From contig CBDFMQ010000002.1 in assembly GCA_965249725.1 (NCBI GenBank), forward strand, positions 2,560,001-2,624,000: DNA of 64,000 bases, written 5' to 3'. Position 1 is the first letter of the stretch, and each line of letters begins with the position of its first letter. This document shows positions 61,673-64,000 of the stretch, in pieces. This DNA comes from Longimicrobiales bacterium (GTDB lineage: Bacteria > Gemmatimonadota > Gemmatimonadetes > Longimicrobiales > Gaopeijiaceae). The position numbers and the translations under genes were made by a program. The notes beneath the pieces are model-generated. The model searched no databases. It was given only the letters and a program-made list of their open reading frames with translations, and was not told the origin of the DNA.

Positions 61673-62674
61673 CTACTGTCCGCCGACGATCTCCGAGTGG
61701 TCGACCACACTGAGTTGTCCCCGAAACGCACGGACCTGAGAGTGGGCTCCGACGAGCGAACCCCTGAGGTCGGACCACTCGACGGAAGATTCCCTTCCGA
61801 CCATGGTGTCGGCCAAGGTCGATCCTTCGACACGGGCGCCGGACTCGAGGGTGACGTTGGGGCCGATGGTACTGCCCATGACCAGTGCACCGGCCTCTAC
61901 ACGCACCGGCTCGATGATCGTACTGCCTTCGACGGTCGCGGAGTCGTCGACACCCGCCCTGCCGCCCTCCAGGAGATAGCGATTGGTGTCGAGCAGCGTG
62001 TCAGGCTTGCCGCAGTCGTACCAACCCTCTACGGGCGCCACCTGAATCTTGGCTCCGTGGTCGACCATGAACTGGAAGGCGTCGGTGAGATAGTACTCGC
62101 CGGACGGTCCCGGCCCGGCAGACAACGTGTGGGCGACCCCCTCGAACAGGAGCTGCCAGTCCCTCATGTAATAGAGTCCGATGTTCGCGAGCTTCGAGAT
62201 GGGCTCGGAGGGCTTCTCGACGATTCGCACCATGTGGTCGTCCTCGTCGGTCAGGATGACCCCATAGCGCTGGTAGTCCTCGACCTCTTTCGCCCAGATG
62301 ATGCCCGCCGCCGCCTCATCGACGCGGTGCACGAGGGTGAGGTCGGAGTCGGAGAGCGTGTCGACGAACAGGATGAGCACCTCGTCGTCCACGAAGGGTT
62401 CGGCAAGTGCCACCGCTCCCGCCGTTCCGTCCTGAATCTCCTGGACGACATAGTGGGCGGTGATGTTCGGATAAGCCTCAGCGACGTAGGACTCGATGAC
62501 CCCGCGCAGATATCCGACGATGAAGACGATCTCGTCCACACCGAGCTCTGCCAGATCGTCCAGGATGTAGCTCATCACCGGCCGACCGGCCACGTGAACC
62601 ATCGGCTTGGGGGTCAGGTGGGTGTGGGGACGGAGGCGCGTACCCTTTCCCGCCAGCGGAATGATAGCTTTCAT
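61673..62674 (-). CDS. Sugar-phosphate nucleotidyltransferase with C-terminal left-handed beta-helix
   Basis: MKAIIPLAGKGTRLRP, VEKP, EYYLTDA, WYDCG. Confidence 0.92.
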   Translation of the reverse strand: MKAIIPLAGKGTRLRPHTHLTPKPMVHVAGRPVMSYILDDLAELGVDEIVFIVGYLRGVIESYVAEAYPNITAHYVVQEIQDGTAGAVALAEPFVDDEVLILFVDTLSDSDLTLVHRVDEAAAGIIWAKEVEDYQRYGVILTDEDDHMVRIVEKPSEPISKLANIGLYYMRDWQLLFEGVAHTLSAGPGPSGEYYLTDAFQFMVDHGAKIQVAPVEGWYDCGKPDTLLDTNRYLLEGGRAGVDDSATVEGSTIIEPVRVEAGALVMGSTIGPNVTLESGARVEGSTLADTMVGRESSVEWSDLRGSLVGAHSQVRAFRGQLSVVDHSEIVGGQ

Positions 62675-62802
62675 GTGGGCGGACATTACAGGGCCGGGTT
62701 GTCCGGTGCAATCGACGAAAGGGGAACTCTCGTGGGGAGTCCGGGTCAAGACATCCGCTGTCGAACGACTCCTTCTTCGATATCGGCCCGGAGGCTAACC
62801 GG

Positions 62803-63240
62803 TTGCTGAGAGAACGCCTCGAGCGAGCCCTCACCACCAATCGGGCAGAGACCGACCCCCGGTCTCGTGATTCCCGGCTTCAGGGACGCACCTACGCCAT
62901 CCCCTTCGACCAGGTCTGGACCGCGTGCCTGTCTCTCGTACAGGGGCGGCGACGCTGGGCCCTTCTCCAGGCCAACGATCTAGACGGCGTCATCCGAATA
63001 AGGTGCGAGACGTTGGTGTTCAAGTTCATCGACGACCTGGAGATTCGGATCAGCCTGGATGAGAACGCGATGACGCGAGTCGACGCCAGGTCCAAGTCCC
63101 GCAAGGGACGAGCGGACATGGGGACTAATGCCCGCCGGATCGGACGCCTACTCAGACGGCTCGACGCGAAGCTGAACGCGGGACACGGAGCGATCCTCGA
63201 CCCGACGGTCCTGGAAGCGTGGCCTGTGGAAGCTGGATGA
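62803..63240 (+). CDS. DUF1499 family protein
   Basis: FKFIDDLEI...RVDARSKSRKGRADMGTNARRI. Confidence 0.8.
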   Translation: MLRERLERALTTNRAETDPRSRDSRLQGRTYAIPFDQVWTACLSLVQGRRRWALLQANDLDGVIRIRCETLVFKFIDDLEIRISLDENAMTRVDARSKSRKGRADMGTNARRIGRLLRRLDAKLNAGHGAILDPTVLEAWPVEAG

Positions 63241-64000
63241 CGGACGGAAGCTCCGTTCGACGTCGGGTCCTCCTAGCCGTGTTCTTGATCCTGGTCGGCT
63301 GCGGGCAAGACGCTCCCCAGCCTCCGACGTCCACACGGGGCCCCGCACCGGCGGCCGGCCCCGATCGCAACCTGGACGACCGCGTTTACGAACGGAACGT
63401 CGTGTTCATGACGGTGGGCGCAGACAGCGCAATCATCGTCCCATGGCTGTTCCGGTCCTCCGCCTCGGAGTTGGGCGTCGACCGGAGCGCTGAGGCCTGG
63501 CTCGCTCGAGCCGGCCTGTGGGAGCCGTTCTTCTCCGACCGATGGGAGTCGCCCTCGACCCGATCTCCGTTCCGTATCCACCCACACGGTCCGATGGACC
63601 TTGTGGTCGGTCCCGATGGTGTCCTGGACGAGATCCTCTACGAGGAGGGACCCAGGCAGTTGGAGGTGATCATCGACGAAGGAGTGTCGGACTGGAGCGG
63701 TAGTAGGGGAGAGACCTTCCGCATTCACCAGGGGGCCGCCCATTTCGGCAATCTGAGGATCGAAGGCATGATTCTCGACATGAGCCGGGCCTGGCTGCGA
63801 GAAGGACCGTTTCCCGGTGAGTGGATGTTTCTGACGGGACCGGGGCGGTTGGCGCTCATGATCGAAGAAACGAGCGGGTCTCCGAGCTACACGGCTTGGG
63901 GCAGACGTGGCGAAGAAGAGTATCGATGGCCTGAGGTGGAGGGCGTGTGGAGTTCCGTGCGGTCTTTCGAGGAAGCGCGCCGCGACGTGCCCGTCGCCTG
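63237..64000 (+). CDS. Hypothetical lipoprotein (partial, runs off window)
   Basis: ATG overlaps previous TGA; MTDGSSVRRRVLLAVFLILVGC lipobox; frame appears open to the window end. Confidence 0.7.
   Translation, partial: MTDGSSVRRRVLLAVFLILVGCGQDAPQPPTSTRGPAPAAGPDRNLDDRVYERNVVFMTVGADSAIIVPWLFRSSASELGVDRSAEAWLARAGLWEPFFSDRWESPSTRSPFRIHPHGPMDLVVGPDGVLDEILYEEGPRQLEVIIDEGVSDWSGSRGETFRIHQGAAHFGNLRIEGMILDMSRAWLREGPFPGEWMFLTGPGRLALMIEETSGSPSYTAWGRRGEEEYRWPEVEGVWSSVRSFEEARRDVPVA

Overview
This is a GC-rich bacterial chromosomal window. Its gene content (kinase-TolB fusions, DUF1592/DUF1552/ankyrin, DUF3179, many secreted hydrolases) is reminiscent of Gemmatimonadota; this is an inference, as no marker gene is present. 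The flanks (1-34.5 kb and 44.1-64 kb) hold housekeeping and catabolic genes, including gdhA, feoAB with a Fur-like box, gcdH-like, msrB, ilvE, ggt and phoBR-like. The most unusual part is a ~9.4 kb accessory island (34.6-44.0 kb) at the 3' end of tRNA-Lys(CTT). It contains an integrase-less integron-type cassette array with three long attC-like sites (~170 bp when intact) that share an identical 86-bp half. One site is split by an intact IS3 exactly at the conserved/variable junction. Two more sites appear destroyed by IS30-family remnants that sit in the identical register inside the attC core box, which suggests an attC-targeting IS30. Next to the tRNA is a lower-GC patch with a chimeric junction made of three gene fragments. 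All family assignments come from motif recognition by eye; no database searches were run.
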